Assembly: GCA_963722075.1 (NCBI GenBank)
Contig: CAVRJM010000001.1
Span: 640,001-704,000 of the forward strand
Length of the DNA: 64,000 nucleotides
Reading direction: 5' to 3'
DNA from: Candidatus Babeliales bacterium
Lineage (GTDB): Bacteria > Babelota > Babeliae > Babelales > JANWKD01
Below the pieces are notes generated by a model. It saw only the letters and a program-made list of their open reading frames with translations, had not been told where the DNA came from and searched no databases. The translations under genes were made by a program, and so were the position numbers. Positions 32,105 to 42,432 of the stretch are shown here, piece by piece; position 1 is the first letter of the stretch; each line of letters opens with the position of its first letter.

Positions 32105-32557
32105 TTACGCTGCAGATGCAGCTGCTTTCTTTTCTGTATTAACTTGTGCTTGATGTGGATGCTCAGCTCCAGGGTAAATTTTTAATTTTTTAATAATAAC
32201 GCGGCTTAACTTTGATTTAGGTAACATACGACGAACAGCCAACTCAATAATCTGTGTTGGATCTTTTGCCATCATCTCTTTTGCCGTCATTGTTTTATAG
32301 CCACCAATCCATCCTGAATAACGATCATAAATTTTCATTTCCATTTTATCACCACTTAATACAACCTTAGCCGCATTAGTAACAATAATATAATCACCGG
32401 TATCAGTATGTGGAGTGTAATTTGGCTTATGTTTACCACGTAACATATCAGCAATTTGGGTAGCTAATCTACCTAAAATTTTACCTTCAGCATCTAACTC
32501 AACCCAACGTGGGTTTCTATCTTCTTTTCTTACATAGAAGGTTCGATTCATATCCAT
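32105..32557 (-). CDS. rplM: 50S ribosomal protein L13
   Basis: LGRLAT, RGKHKPNYTPHTDTGD, RMLPK, HPHQAQ. Confidence 0.97.
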   Translation of the reverse strand: MDMNRTFYVRKEDRNPRWVELDAEGKILGRLATQIADMLRGKHKPNYTPHTDTGDYIIVTNAAKVVLSGDKMEMKIYDRYSGWIGGYKTMTAKEMMAKDPTQIIELAVRRMLPKSKLSRVIIKKLKIYPGAEHPHQAQVNTEKKAAASAA

Positions 32558-32619
32558 TAAATATCCTTAAATCACTTAAAAAGACTTTTGAGTGCTAAAA
32601 AACAAACAGGGTAATACTA

Positions 32620-32648
32620 AGAGTAAAGAAAAACAGGTAAGAGGTCAA
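32620..32648 (-). promoter_or_regulatory. Putative sigma70 promoter of rplM
   Basis: TTGACC-N17-TACTCT. Confidence 0.45.
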
Positions 32649-32761
32649 TATTGGTAATTCTGTAAAAAACGCATCTTCTTAACGACAAATTTATTTTTAT
32701 TTCAAATATACAATATTTATGGTAAAATGTAAATAAGAATTAATAATTGAGCGGAGAAAGT

Positions 32762-35440
32762 ATGCATTTAAAAAAAATTAGCACTTATTTTATTAGGTTA
32801 TTATTTTTATTGTTAATAAATAATAATCTAATAGCAATGGAAAGCCCTACTTCAATAAATACATTGCCTTATTATAAAAAAGAGCATTTAGAAGAATTAA
32901 AGAACAACAATATTCAACATCATACACCATGCGTTATTATTCTAGATGTCAAATTTGATGAAACACCCGAGCAATATAATATAGGGAACTTAACCTCAAC
33001 CCTCGCTGATGCAATTACATTAAAAATACCAACCATCGTTAGTTCATCAGTTCTTCATAATTTAATCGTAAGAAAACAACAAAAAGTTGATTCTAAACAT
33101 CCTGAAAATATAGATTTAATAAATAAAGCCAATAATTTAACAGAAGACGAATGGTTTTTATTTACCACCAGGTTAAGCAATTTTTTTATTCTTATTCCTA
33201 AATGGTATTTTGATATTTATGGAGATAATAAAGAGTTAGGTTTTGACCTATATAATCTTATTGGTGAGCCCACCGCATTACCTTCATCAAAAAACCTTGA
33301 TTTTACCAGCCTTATTTCTATAACTGATCTGCCTATTGATACAAACCAAACTGTTATTCTTGAAGCATTTAACGATATCTTTATAAAAAAACAAAAAAAA
33401 ACTGAAACTTATGTTCCAGAGAAAACACCATTCTGGGATTTTTTTGTTATTGGTCATGGAGATACCGATACAGCAATTGCTGGCGTTAAACCATTTATTT
33501 TTCGTAAAATTTTAAAATTTTTTAATGATTATATTGTAACTAACGTGGCTTACGTCACCTCATGTAACGCGGCTGGTAAAAACTTAAAACTTATACAATT
33601 TGCTAACACAGGTGCCGCGCAATTATTAAATTATATCTTAATTATAGGCGCCACAACTGATGCACCTGTATACGGACATATAGATTTAATAAGCTTTTTT
33701 GATGGTGCTGCTTCTTTAGAAGATAAAAGCAATAGCTTAGACAGATTGCTCACCAAAGTTCTGCCTGAAACAGAAATGGAATTGTCTCAATTTATTTCAA
33801 ATATTCCGCAAATATGGTTACCAGGAGGGTTAGGGTTTCAAACATATAATATTCATAATCGCATTGAGAACATTGGTTTAGTGAAAAATCTGGTACATGA
33901 AATTGAACATAAACCATTTGAAATTAATAAAAAACTTGCTGTTCTTATTTATCCATCAAAAATTAACGTACCAATGGAAGTTAATGTAGCAAGCACGCCC
34001 GTGCATTCTGAGGAAAAACGCGAATGGATATCATTATCGGTATCGTTTGGCGGACAGATTTTTGAAAAATATCCTACTTTCATATCAATGTTGCCGGGGG
34101 ATGCCATACATTTCTTTAAACATATAACGGTGGTAACACCTTCATTTGAACGTATGGGGCTCTTAACATTTATGAGAGATTCATTTTTAAATATTTCTGG
34201 TAGAGAAACAAAGAAAACAACCCTTATTGACACATTACATGGCAATAACGATTTTGAAGATATTTTAATGGCAGAAAGAAGAAAAAGGGTCAAAAGGGTC
34301 GGAAAAACAGCAATAAAAGAACCGCTTCATGAACTCGTAAATTTACCAAGCGATTTAGAATTAAAAAAAGTTATTATTGAGTCAAGCGGGAAATTGCTTT
34401 ATAATCCATCTGCCGAAACCGAACAGCAACAATTCTTATTTCATATTTATATTGCATTTGAATTTCAGGGAAATGCTTGGGAATTCACAGCAACTCAAGA
34501 CACCATTAAAAATGAACCTATAGGCTGGAATTTTAAAAAAATAGATGTATTGCAACATCAACAATATTATAACAAATTACAAAAAAAACTTGATTATCAA
34601 ATCCGTGAACGAGAAATCATACCTGTACCGACATTATTTAAGAAATTTGATTGGAATAAGTTTATTATCGTTGAGGCACTTAAATTAATACGCTCTACAG
34701 AAGAATTTAATAAGATTTCAAAACAACCCAAAATATACCCCGCATTAAATAGTTTTTTAAGAATCGTACGTGATCCTTCTCAAACATTCTATGCACAACT
34801 TTTTTCACCAAACATTGGTATCTTTGATGTTAATGAAGAAGTTAATAATTATCATTTATTTTCAACAAAAAAACAAAAACCAACAACAATTTTTAATATT
34901 ATTACCTGGTTAAGTTATTGGATCCAAATGCAACGTGAAGATTTTAAAAAACAGATTTTTTTCAGTAATCAATTACCATTGTATAATGATCTTTCTTCAA
35001 CATTAGAACTCAATAGATTACTTTCTGGTAGAATTAATATCCCCACAAAGGATACTTATCTTTTAGAAGAACTATTAAATCCAGAAATTGGCAAGCCAAT
35101 TATACTGGCACCTTTTATTGTTGAAATAACCCATTATCATGACACTATTTCATTTAATTTAGAATTTATTTTTAAAGAGCTTGGTTGGCAACTATCTACA
35201 AGCGTTTATAAAAAAGATAAAAGAGGATTGCCAGCTTATTATCCATGGGTTGTCAAACAAATCTCCGCTGAAGATGTTGCTCATAAATTTAATAGATACA
35301 AGCAACAAATCCTTGTTTATAAATTTCAAAGATATAAGCAGCAAATCGAAGAACCTCAAGAAAAAAAACCACAAAAATCGCTAAAGGACATTATTCTTAA
35401 AAAGTTAAAAGAATATAAGGAAAGTAGTAAAAGTGAATAA
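32762..35440 (+). CDS. Large secreted protein with putative clan CD-like cysteine protease domain; paralog of 46771-49686
   Basis: ATG after GGAG; signal peptide; WDFFVIGHG...VAYVTSCNAAG; shared blocks with the paralog such as PQ.WLPGG.GFQT. Confidence 0.7.
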   Translation: MHLKKISTYFIRLLFLLLINNNLIAMESPTSINTLPYYKKEHLEELKNNNIQHHTPCVIILDVKFDETPEQYNIGNLTSTLADAITLKIPTIVSSSVLHNLIVRKQQKVDSKHPENIDLINKANNLTEDEWFLFTTRLSNFFILIPKWYFDIYGDNKELGFDLYNLIGEPTALPSSKNLDFTSLISITDLPIDTNQTVILEAFNDIFIKKQKKTETYVPEKTPFWDFFVIGHGDTDTAIAGVKPFIFRKILKFFNDYIVTNVAYVTSCNAAGKNLKLIQFANTGAAQLLNYILIIGATTDAPVYGHIDLISFFDGAASLEDKSNSLDRLLTKVLPETEMELSQFISNIPQIWLPGGLGFQTYNIHNRIENIGLVKNLVHEIEHKPFEINKKLAVLIYPSKINVPMEVNVASTPVHSEEKREWISLSVSFGGQIFEKYPTFISMLPGDAIHFFKHITVVTPSFERMGLLTFMRDSFLNISGRETKKTTLIDTLHGNNDFEDILMAERRKRVKRVGKTAIKEPLHELVNLPSDLELKKVIIESSGKLLYNPSAETEQQQFLFHIYIAFEFQGNAWEFTATQDTIKNEPIGWNFKKIDVLQHQQYYNKLQKKLDYQIREREIIPVPTLFKKFDWNKFIIVEALKLIRSTEEFNKISKQPKIYPALNSFLRIVRDPSQTFYAQLFSPNIGIFDVNEEVNNYHLFSTKKQKPTTIFNIITWLSYWIQMQREDFKKQIFFSNQLPLYNDLSSTLELNRLLSGRINIPTKDTYLLEELLNPEIGKPIILAPFIVEITHYHDTISFNLEFIFKELGWQLSTSVYKKDKRGLPAYYPWVVKQISAEDVAHKFNRYKQQILVYKFQRYKQQIEEPQEKKPQKSLKDIILKKLKEYKESSKSE

Positions 35441-35567
35441 ATAATTTGCGTCATCGCCTCATTTTTATTACACTTAGATAATAATTATTTTTAACATATT
35501 TTAAGGTCGAAAACGCATTTAAATATCAAATTCAAAAGGTTTGATTAGAATAAGATTAATTTTGTAG

Positions 35568-35717
35568 CTGGATTGCTTAAGCAAGCCATGTCCGCCAAAG
35601 CCCCATCGGGCAAAGGCTGGATCGCAATGACGTTCTTTAAAATTCTTGGGTCAGTCGTCATTTCGAGCGTATCCGCCGTCGCCAAGAGCTATATCGGAGA
35701 TGAGTGCGGGATCCAGG
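35568..35717. repeat. REP/RPE-like inverted pair, each arm with a nested hairpin module
   Basis: CTGGATTGCTT...TCGCAATGAC and GTCATTTCGAG...GGGATCCAGG; modules at 35587-35621 and 35672-35702. Confidence 0.8.
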
Positions 35718-35767
35718 CTTAATTGTTTATCATTTAATGCGTTTATCACTGGATTTTAAGGTTTTCT

Positions 35768-37342
35768 ATGCAAGATTCATGGATCGTGTTGTTACCCCCG
35801 TTGGTAGTCCTTTGTTTGGCATTTATAACGAAAAGAATAATCCTTTCTCTTTTTGTAGGTATTGTTTTAGCCTCGGCCATAAAGGCAGATTTTATTATAC
35901 TTCCAACCATAGCGGTAATTAAAAATGCATTCATGAACCAGCTCATCAACTGGGATAATATTTATATTTTTTCATTTTTAATTGCTATCGGAATAATTAT
36001 ATCGTTAGTAACGTTAATTGGCGGGACACAGGCATATGCCCGGCTCATTAAAAAAAAGATTAAAACGGCTCGCGGTGCTGAATCGGCAAGCATTGTACTA
36101 TCGCTACTCTTATTATTTGATGACTTTTTTAGCAGTATCACGGTAGGCTCTATTATGCGGCCATTAACCGAGCATTTCTCGATACCGCGCGCTAAATTGG
36201 CTTTCTTAATTGATTCTATGGCGGCCCCATTAGTGGTAATAATGCCTATATCAAGTTGGATTGCTACCATGACTATGCAACTGGCTAAAGGCGGCGTTTC
36301 AGCAACAATGCAACCAGGTACCCTTATCATGAGCGAGCCATATTCGTTATACTTAAAAATAATCCCCTTTATTTTTTACTCCTTTATTTTGATAGCCTCA
36401 GTCATTTTTATTGTCCAATTTCGTATTTCATATGGACCTATGAAAAAGCATGAATTAGAATGCTATAAAGAGAATATCTCGAATGCCCCGATAAATTTGG
36501 CAGTAACAAAAAAGGGCAGTATTCTTGATTTCCTCATTCCAATGGGATTACTACTAGGCACTATTTTTGTTGCTATCTTATATGCAGGTAATTATCATCT
36601 TTTTGGAGGTAATAATTCATTTGTAATGGCTTTACAGCAAACTAATATCTTTTTAGCGCTTTTTATGGGAAGCACCATTTCGCTAATTATTTCTTTGGTC
36701 TTCTTTTTAGTAACACAGAAAGTTTCAATTAATAAAATACCCCTGTTGGTGAAGGAAGGCTTTTTATTAATGTATTCTTCCGTTACTATTCTCTTTTTTT
36801 CATGGGCTTTTAGTAATCTTCTTTTGGTAGATTTGCATAGTGGGGATTATTTGGCACAACTATTAAGTGGAAATATACCGCTCTTTTTACTACCTGCCCT
36901 CTTTTTTATAGTTTCTGCTGTTACTTCAATTGGCATTGGATCATCCTGGGGTACTATTGCTATTATGGTTCCGCTGGCTATTCCATTACTGGTACATCTT
37001 ATGAATATTCAAGTACCCGCCATGCCTCTTGATGTTCCCTTACTTTTTCCTACTCTTGGCGCCATATTTGCCGGAGCCGTAGCAGGAGACCATATTTCTC
37101 CGCTTTCAAGCACCACCGTAATGTCGGCTATGAGTAGCGGAACACCGTTGGCGCATCATGTACAAACGCAAATTCCCTATGCGCTTCCATCAATTATTTC
37201 ATCTATTATCGCCTATATTATTGCAGGTCTCTTAGTGCAGAAATCAATTGTCCTCAGTGCTATTCTTTCTTTAACCGTGGGGATAATCATTTGTTTTATT
37301 TTTCTATTAGTGCTTAATAATTGGTACAAAAAAAGAATCTAA
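35768..37342 (+). CDS. NhaC-family (Na+/H+ antiporter-like) transporter
   Basis: FDDFF, KLAFLIDS.AAP, PISSW, GSSWGT, GDHISPLS motifs; many TM segments. Confidence 0.85.
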   Translation: MQDSWIVLLPPLVVLCLAFITKRIILSLFVGIVLASAIKADFIILPTIAVIKNAFMNQLINWDNIYIFSFLIAIGIIISLVTLIGGTQAYARLIKKKIKTARGAESASIVLSLLLLFDDFFSSITVGSIMRPLTEHFSIPRAKLAFLIDSMAAPLVVIMPISSWIATMTMQLAKGGVSATMQPGTLIMSEPYSLYLKIIPFIFYSFILIASVIFIVQFRISYGPMKKHELECYKENISNAPINLAVTKKGSILDFLIPMGLLLGTIFVAILYAGNYHLFGGNNSFVMALQQTNIFLALFMGSTISLIISLVFFLVTQKVSINKIPLLVKEGFLLMYSSVTILFFSWAFSNLLLVDLHSGDYLAQLLSGNIPLFLLPALFFIVSAVTSIGIGSSWGTIAIMVPLAIPLLVHLMNIQVPAMPLDVPLLFPTLGAIFAGAVAGDHISPLSSTTVMSAMSSGTPLAHHVQTQIPYALPSIISSIIAYIIAGLLVQKSIVLSAILSLTVGIIICFIFLLVLNNWYKKRI

Positions 37343-37433
37343 TAATTTTTGTACTCTAGTAGCATTTTGTGTATAATTATCGTTATTGTTGCTATTAAAA
37401 GTAAATAACAGTATTCATTACTCAAAGGATTAT

Positions 37434-37850
37434 ATGAAAAAAATAGCTCTATTTATTATGCTTGCCTCCCTAATGACTCTCAATATGCACGCGGAAACTC
37501 CTTATACGCCCTACCAGGTATCTACTACCTCAACACCCATAATTCCTGACCATGCATTACCAAGCAGTAGCTTGCGCGTAATTGGCTTAGTAGCAGCAGG
37601 TGGTGGTATCCTTTGTGTATGTACCGCAGTTTTGAAAAATCTTTTTGATAAAGTGTTTGAAGAGAATATAGGCGCAAATGAAGCTACTTTAAAACAGAAA
37701 CTTATTACTGCAGTACGCTATACCCTTGGATGCTCAGCTGCTGTAGCAGGAATTATAGTAGGATTGGTTACCATAGCTAATGCGGATACACCAAACTTCT
37801 TACTAGTAAATAAAGCTCCTACCATAGCTCCATCAGTAACAACTAACTAA
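37434..37850 (+). CDS. Hypothetical membrane protein (signal + 2 TM)
   Basis: ATG after AAGGA; similar layout to 37974-38321. Confidence 0.6.
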   Translation: MKKIALFIMLASLMTLNMHAETPYTPYQVSTTSTPIIPDHALPSSSLRVIGLVAAGGGILCVCTAVLKNLFDKVFEENIGANEATLKQKLITAVRYTLGCSAAVAGIIVGLVTIANADTPNFLLVNKAPTIAPSVTTN

Positions 37851-37876
37851 AATAATAATTTGCTTCAATAGTATGT

Positions 37877-37906
37877 AGGCCAAAGAAAATTCTTTGGCCT
37901 TTTTTT
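37877..37906 (+). terminator. Rho-independent terminator
   Basis: AGGCCAAAGA-aaat-TCTTTGGCCT followed by T tract. Confidence 0.8.
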
Positions 37907-37973
37907 CTTGAACTCTGCACCTTTTTAGATTAATGTATAAACAATTAATATCATCAATAAAAAAGAGCTGTCA

Positions 37974-38321
37974 ATGAAAAAAACTATTTTATTATTTCTG
38001 TTATTATCCATTTTAATCCCTAGCCATTTATTCTCAGTTAGCCCGATTTCAAACAATTCGCTCATGTATGATGCACGTTGTGTGATATCAACAACAATAA
38101 GTACCTCTCTTGGTATTTTAGGAATATGGATCATCAAAAAAAGTATCGATAAGATGCTTGATACGTGCTATGAAAATGAATCAATACCCATGAAAGAAAA
38201 GCTCGTAGCGTTGAGCGCTGAATCGTTTGCAACATTCATAGGATTACTCTGTAGCGTAGGCGGTAGTTTATTAGTAGTTATGGATTCCTACAAAGTTAAA
38301 TGTAAAGGCACCAATTACTAA
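37974..38321 (+). CDS. Hypothetical membrane protein (signal + 2 TM), probable paralog of upstream gene
   Basis: KKSIDKMLD...NESIPMKEKLV vs KNLFDKVFE...NEATLKQKLI. Confidence 0.6.
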   Translation: MKKTILLFLLLSILIPSHLFSVSPISNNSLMYDARCVISTTISTSLGILGIWIIKKSIDKMLDTCYENESIPMKEKLVALSAESFATFIGLLCSVGGSLLVVMDSYKVKCKGTNY

Positions 38322-38323
38322 CC

Positions 38324-39628
38324 TTATTTTCTTCTTCGTGCATCTAGTATTGATTTTTCAATATCGTTCGGTTCTTTAGGCAACTGTTCGCTTAAACAAA
38401 TAGCGCCATCTGGAACAATCCAATAATCATCTTCAATACGAACACCTATTGATTCTTCAGGAATATAAATGCCGGGTTCGATGGTAATAACATCGCCTTC
38501 TTCAAGCGGTTGCGCATAATCACCAACATCATGCACTTCTAATCCTAGGAAATGCCCAATACCATGCAAGAAGTAATGTCCATAATGACGGTCTTCAAGA
38601 TATTTTTTTGCTAAATGATTTAATGATTTATCGGGATAATTTTTATTAGAAAGCCACATACCGGGTTTAGCAAGCGATGCTATATATGTTTGTGTTTCCA
38701 AGACCAAGGAATATATTTCTCTTTGGCGCGCTGAAAAAGTTCCTGAAACCGGATAGGTTCTAGTTAGATCAGCACAATAATGATTGTAACGAGCACCAAT
38801 ATCTATTACTACCAGATCACCTGAACTTATGATTGCTTCATTTTTTATATAATGCAAGATCGTACCATTTTTACCCGTTGCAACAATGCTAGTAAATGCA
38901 GCACTCGAGCCTGATGCAATGAAGGTATATTCTATTGCTGCTTGTACTTCACATTCCTTTTTACCCGGTTGAAACACTGAAAGCGCTGATTCATAAGCAT
39001 CGACTGTAATTTCAATTGCTTTATATAAATATTCTATTTCTCGTTTACTTTTTTTTCTACGCATCTGAGCAACTACCAATGAAATATCAATAAGAATCTC
39101 ATTAAACCATGGATTTTGTTGGGCAATACGTTGTAATACAAAGCGTTGTTCCATATAATCTGCGCCGTTGGTTGGATTCAACGTAAAAATTGTATACCCT
39201 TCAGCTGCCCATTTTTCTAGTAACTGCAACAAATTCTCATATTCTCGATGAGTAAAAAACGGATTACATTGGTAACCAGTACACTGATTGCCCAAATATT
39301 CAATTGAAGATAGCTGTAGTTCCTGTGCTTTTTGTTTATCTGGCGCAATAGCATCAGCTACCCATTTTTCGCGTTCTTTACCAAAATTAGGAACAAATAA
39401 GGTAGAAGAACCTTCTTCAACATCAATACTTACTACCGCAGCCGGCTCTTCAACACCCGTAAAGTAATAAAAGGAAGCATCTTGCCTAAATGGCCAGCCA
39501 TCGCGCTCAAAATTGGCAAACAAAAGAACTTTCGCCTTTTTAATATGCTTATATTGTTGTTGTATTAGCGTAATTAATTTCTGACGCCGCTCTGCAAAGA
39601 GAAAAAAATCAATTTTTTTATATACCAT
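38324..39628 (-). CDS. pepP: Xaa-Pro aminopeptidase (M24B)
   Basis: FRQDASFYYFTG, LHY, IDIG..YCADLTRT, HGIGHFLGLEVHD, TIEPGIY, RIEDD. Confidence 0.92.
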   Translation of the reverse strand: MVYKKIDFFLFAERRQKLITLIQQQYKHIKKAKVLLFANFERDGWPFRQDASFYYFTGVEEPAAVVSIDVEEGSSTLFVPNFGKEREKWVADAIAPDKQKAQELQLSSIEYLGNQCTGYQCNPFFTHREYENLLQLLEKWAAEGYTIFTLNPTNGADYMEQRFVLQRIAQQNPWFNEILIDISLVVAQMRRKKSKREIEYLYKAIEITVDAYESALSVFQPGKKECEVQAAIEYTFIASGSSAAFTSIVATGKNGTILHYIKNEAIISSGDLVVIDIGARYNHYCADLTRTYPVSGTFSARQREIYSLVLETQTYIASLAKPGMWLSNKNYPDKSLNHLAKKYLEDRHYGHYFLHGIGHFLGLEVHDVGDYAQPLEEGDVITIEPGIYIPEESIGVRIEDDYWIVPDGAICLSEQLPKEPNDIEKSILDARRRK

Positions 39629-39684
39629 AAAAAGCCCTCATGTAATAGTAGATGTTACTAATTATCGCATGAGGGCTTTTTTTT
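39629..39684. terminator. Terminator-like hairpin downstream of the ankyrin remnant
   Basis: AAAAGCCCTCATG...CATGAGGGCTTTT. Confidence 0.6.
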
Positions 39685-39714
39685 GCAAAGTACGTTATTT
39701 GTTTTTTAATATTT

Positions 39715-39880
39715 TTATTTATCGGTTAAGGCATCTTGTGATCTACGTAAAGCATCATATTTCTCAAACAATTCCACAAATGCCTTAGCGTTGAATAACT
39801 GAGCATACGTTCGCGGCGTGAATATTGAACCTTCCTCCCCTTGAAAAAATAAATCCGGATTTGCCCCATGTTGCAATAAT
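39715..39880 (-). pseudogene. 3' remnant of an ankyrin paralog
   Basis: LLQHGANPDL...TPRTYAQ...AFVELFEKY matches the C-termini of neighbouring paralogs; begins abruptly at a terminator. Confidence 0.7.
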
Positions 39881-39920
39881 AAAAAAGCCTCATGAGCTAT
39901 ATTACTCATGAGGCTTTTTT
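39881..39920 (-). terminator. Terminator after 39937-41238
   Basis: AAAAAAGCCTCATGAG...CTCATGAGGCTTTTTT. Confidence 0.75.
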
Positions 39921-39936
39921 AATTTCTTAGCGTATC

Positions 39937-41238
39937 TTAATTATTCTTATATTCATTGAACAATTCTACAAATGCTTGTTTATCTGCATCATGTTCGGCA
40001 AACTTCAGTGGCGTAGTAATTATTTCGTCACCACCATCTTCTGTTTCATATGCTTGATCCATATTAGCTCCTGCTTTAATTAAAAATCGGGCTAATTCTT
40101 CATCATCAGTAACAATAGCAAATGCTAGGAATGGCATCCTAATATCTTTGTAATCGCCAATAACCAATGAGTTAGCACTTAATCCTGCATTTACAAGCTG
40201 TATAATAACATTAGAATAAACCTCGGCACCCCGCATACCATGAGTTGGCATATACCCTGGTATATAAAATTTAATATGTAAATTATTATCACAATCATTA
40301 GTATCAAACGCTCCATTATTCAAAAGATGTAAGGCACTATTAACGTTTGAACTACTAAGCGCTTTTGATAATAAAGTCTCCGTTTCTGAATATTTATTAA
40401 AACATAATGCCTGGTTAACATTTAGTCCGTTTTCTAAAAATAACTCCAGGGATTCTTGCCATGCTTCATTGAACGTTTTAAGCTGTTCATCTCCTAACTT
40501 GCCTCTAGATGCAGGTTTTTCATTCATCAATGTTAAAAGCTTTTTAACTAGGCATTTAAATTCGGGTAACAATTCAGGCTTCTTGTTAGCAGCATTAGCA
40601 TTTGTTTTTAATTCTTTCTTCAAATCTGATATCAATTCTAATACCATTCCATTTTTCATTGCAGCTAATAAATATTTCAATAAAGCGCCCATAGTAGATT
40701 CATCAACAACAAGTCGATAATGCGCCCTGCTTGATAGTGCAAAATTATGTAAAGCAATCATGGAATCAGCTAATTTACCTCCTTTAGCAACTCCCAATAA
40801 AATCTCATACACTATTTCAGCGGGTAATACATCATTTCCTATCGGCTGTTCATTTTCTATCGAATCTAATAGAATAGTGCTTTTATTGCATAGTGGATTT
40901 GGCTTTTTGATCATTTTTACATAAGAGATTGATTCCGGTACAGCATTGCCAATAAGCTGCCTTTCTTCTTTATTAACCTTTTTGGCTAAAGCTGTTCCTA
41001 CAACACCCAATTGCAATGCATTGGTTACTTGTGAGCCTTGCGGATGGTGTAACACATCGGTTTTAGAATCATTTGCTTGCGTTCGTCTCTGCCTCTGAAC
41101 AATAACAGGAACTTCGTCCTCACTTCTTGTACTTTCAGAAATTCCACTTACAATTTTGTTCCATAACCACATTGGAGAAGTATGGTGCATTATATTGATA
41201 GCAAATAATGTAATTAAAATAAAAATACGTTTATTCAT
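39937..41238 (-). CDS. Secreted F-box-like/ankyrin protein (array member)
   Basis: Signal-like N-terminus; LPAEIVYEILL motif; ankyrin-like LARFLIKAGANMD. Confidence 0.75.
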   Translation of the reverse strand: MNKRIFILITLFAINIMHHTSPMWLWNKIVSGISESTRSEDEVPVIVQRQRRTQANDSKTDVLHHPQGSQVTNALQLGVVGTALAKKVNKEERQLIGNAVPESISYVKMIKKPNPLCNKSTILLDSIENEQPIGNDVLPAEIVYEILLGVAKGGKLADSMIALHNFALSSRAHYRLVVDESTMGALLKYLLAAMKNGMVLELISDLKKELKTNANAANKKPELLPEFKCLVKKLLTLMNEKPASRGKLGDEQLKTFNEAWQESLELFLENGLNVNQALCFNKYSETETLLSKALSSSNVNSALHLLNNGAFDTNDCDNNLHIKFYIPGYMPTHGMRGAEVYSNVIIQLVNAGLSANSLVIGDYKDIRMPFLAFAIVTDDEELARFLIKAGANMDQAYETEDGGDEIITTPLKFAEHDADKQAFVELFNEYKNN

Positions 41239-41262
41239 GTTTTTTCCTTTAATAATAATAAC

Positions 41263-42255
41263 TTAAAAATTATTTAATTTGTTGGAATATTGGTCAAATA
41301 GTGCTATAAATTCTTGCGCCTCATTTTGTTGAGCATATTTATAGGGTGTAACAAGTTTCAGCTCACGATCCCTATATTGAAGATGAGGATCAGCGCCATT
41401 TTTCAATAGAAATTCTGCTAAGTCTAGTAATTCGTACTCTACCGCATAACTCAGAAATGGGACACCTCCCCATTGAGTTTCATTCATTATGAGATTTCCA
41501 TTGGCCGTTAATCCTTTTTCAATTAATACTTTAAGTTGAGTCGCTGTAGCTGTAGGATTACTATACCGAGTATCTATTCTACAAGCATAATTAACCCCAG
41601 AATTTTTTCCATCTGCACCTTGCTCAAGAAGCTTTACTGCTAAATTCTGACAATCTAAATACAATGCTTTTGCTAGCAATGTCATTTTAATCATCTTCTC
41701 GTTTTCCCGCCGCATAGTCTCGACGTCTGTTAACCCCTGTTCATACAATACATAATTTTTATTAAGGCCTTGCTCTATTAACTTTAGAGCTAATTCTTGA
41801 AATTCCTGAATACCTTTCTTGTTGCTTTTTCTCACTCCACTTAACTTAATTAAGATTTCTAAATCTTTGAATATAGGTACTAACCTATGCTTATGTGCCA
41901 ATACATTTTCTGCCTCCTGAGCAGCTTGATGGTTTGATATAGAGGATAGTAATTTTTTTCGTATAGCCGCTCTGGTATGTTCATCCTTAATAAGATTTTT
42001 ATTTTGAGCACAGGTACACGCAAGATTATTTAATGCTTCTAAGATTTTTACCAAATTTTCGCCCGTTTTTATTTGCGGCTCTATTACATGCAACATTACC
42101 TTCGTTAATAGTTCCGGCGGTAATTCCATAAGAAAACACTTATTATTGATAGGTTTAGGACTGAAATAATCAACCATTTTTTGCCACATAGGATAGCTAT
42201 ACTGCATTCCACTCATAGCTATAGTAATAAATAAGATAAAAATACGTTTATTCAT
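41263..42255 (-). CDS. Secreted F-box-like/ankyrin protein (divergent array member)
   Basis: LMELPPELLTKVMLHV...LNNLACTC; LAEFLLKNGADP. Confidence 0.75.
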   Translation of the reverse strand: MNKRIFILFITIAMSGMQYSYPMWQKMVDYFSPKPINNKCFLMELPPELLTKVMLHVIEPQIKTGENLVKILEALNNLACTCAQNKNLIKDEHTRAAIRKKLLSSISNHQAAQEAENVLAHKHRLVPIFKDLEILIKLSGVRKSNKKGIQEFQELALKLIEQGLNKNYVLYEQGLTDVETMRRENEKMIKMTLLAKALYLDCQNLAVKLLEQGADGKNSGVNYACRIDTRYSNPTATATQLKVLIEKGLTANGNLIMNETQWGGVPFLSYAVEYELLDLAEFLLKNGADPHLQYRDRELKLVTPYKYAQQNEAQEFIALFDQYSNKLNNF

Positions 42256-42305
42256 ATGAGACCCCCTTTTTAAAATATTAATAACTGTAATTATATATTA
42301 CTATT

Positions 42306-42334
42306 ATAATACAATTGTTTTCACATAGGGTCAA
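42306..42334 (-). promoter_or_regulatory. Putative sigma70 promoter, homologous to the region upstream of 45183
   Basis: TTGACC-N17-TATTAT; leader block TTTAAAATATTAATAACTGTAATTA repeated near 45195. Confidence 0.55.
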
Positions 42335-42432
42335 CAGGGGGGAAGGCCATTTTCTCTGGAAACAGCTATAAAACAGTATATTTTCATTATTTTATGAGTT
42401 AAAGTGTGCTTTTTTGCATATCAGAAGATTTA

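Noticed and set aside
35441..35767. Possible lysine riboswitch upstream of the NhaC-family gene
   Set aside because: The structured sequence is explained by the repeat family; no riboswitch consensus recognised
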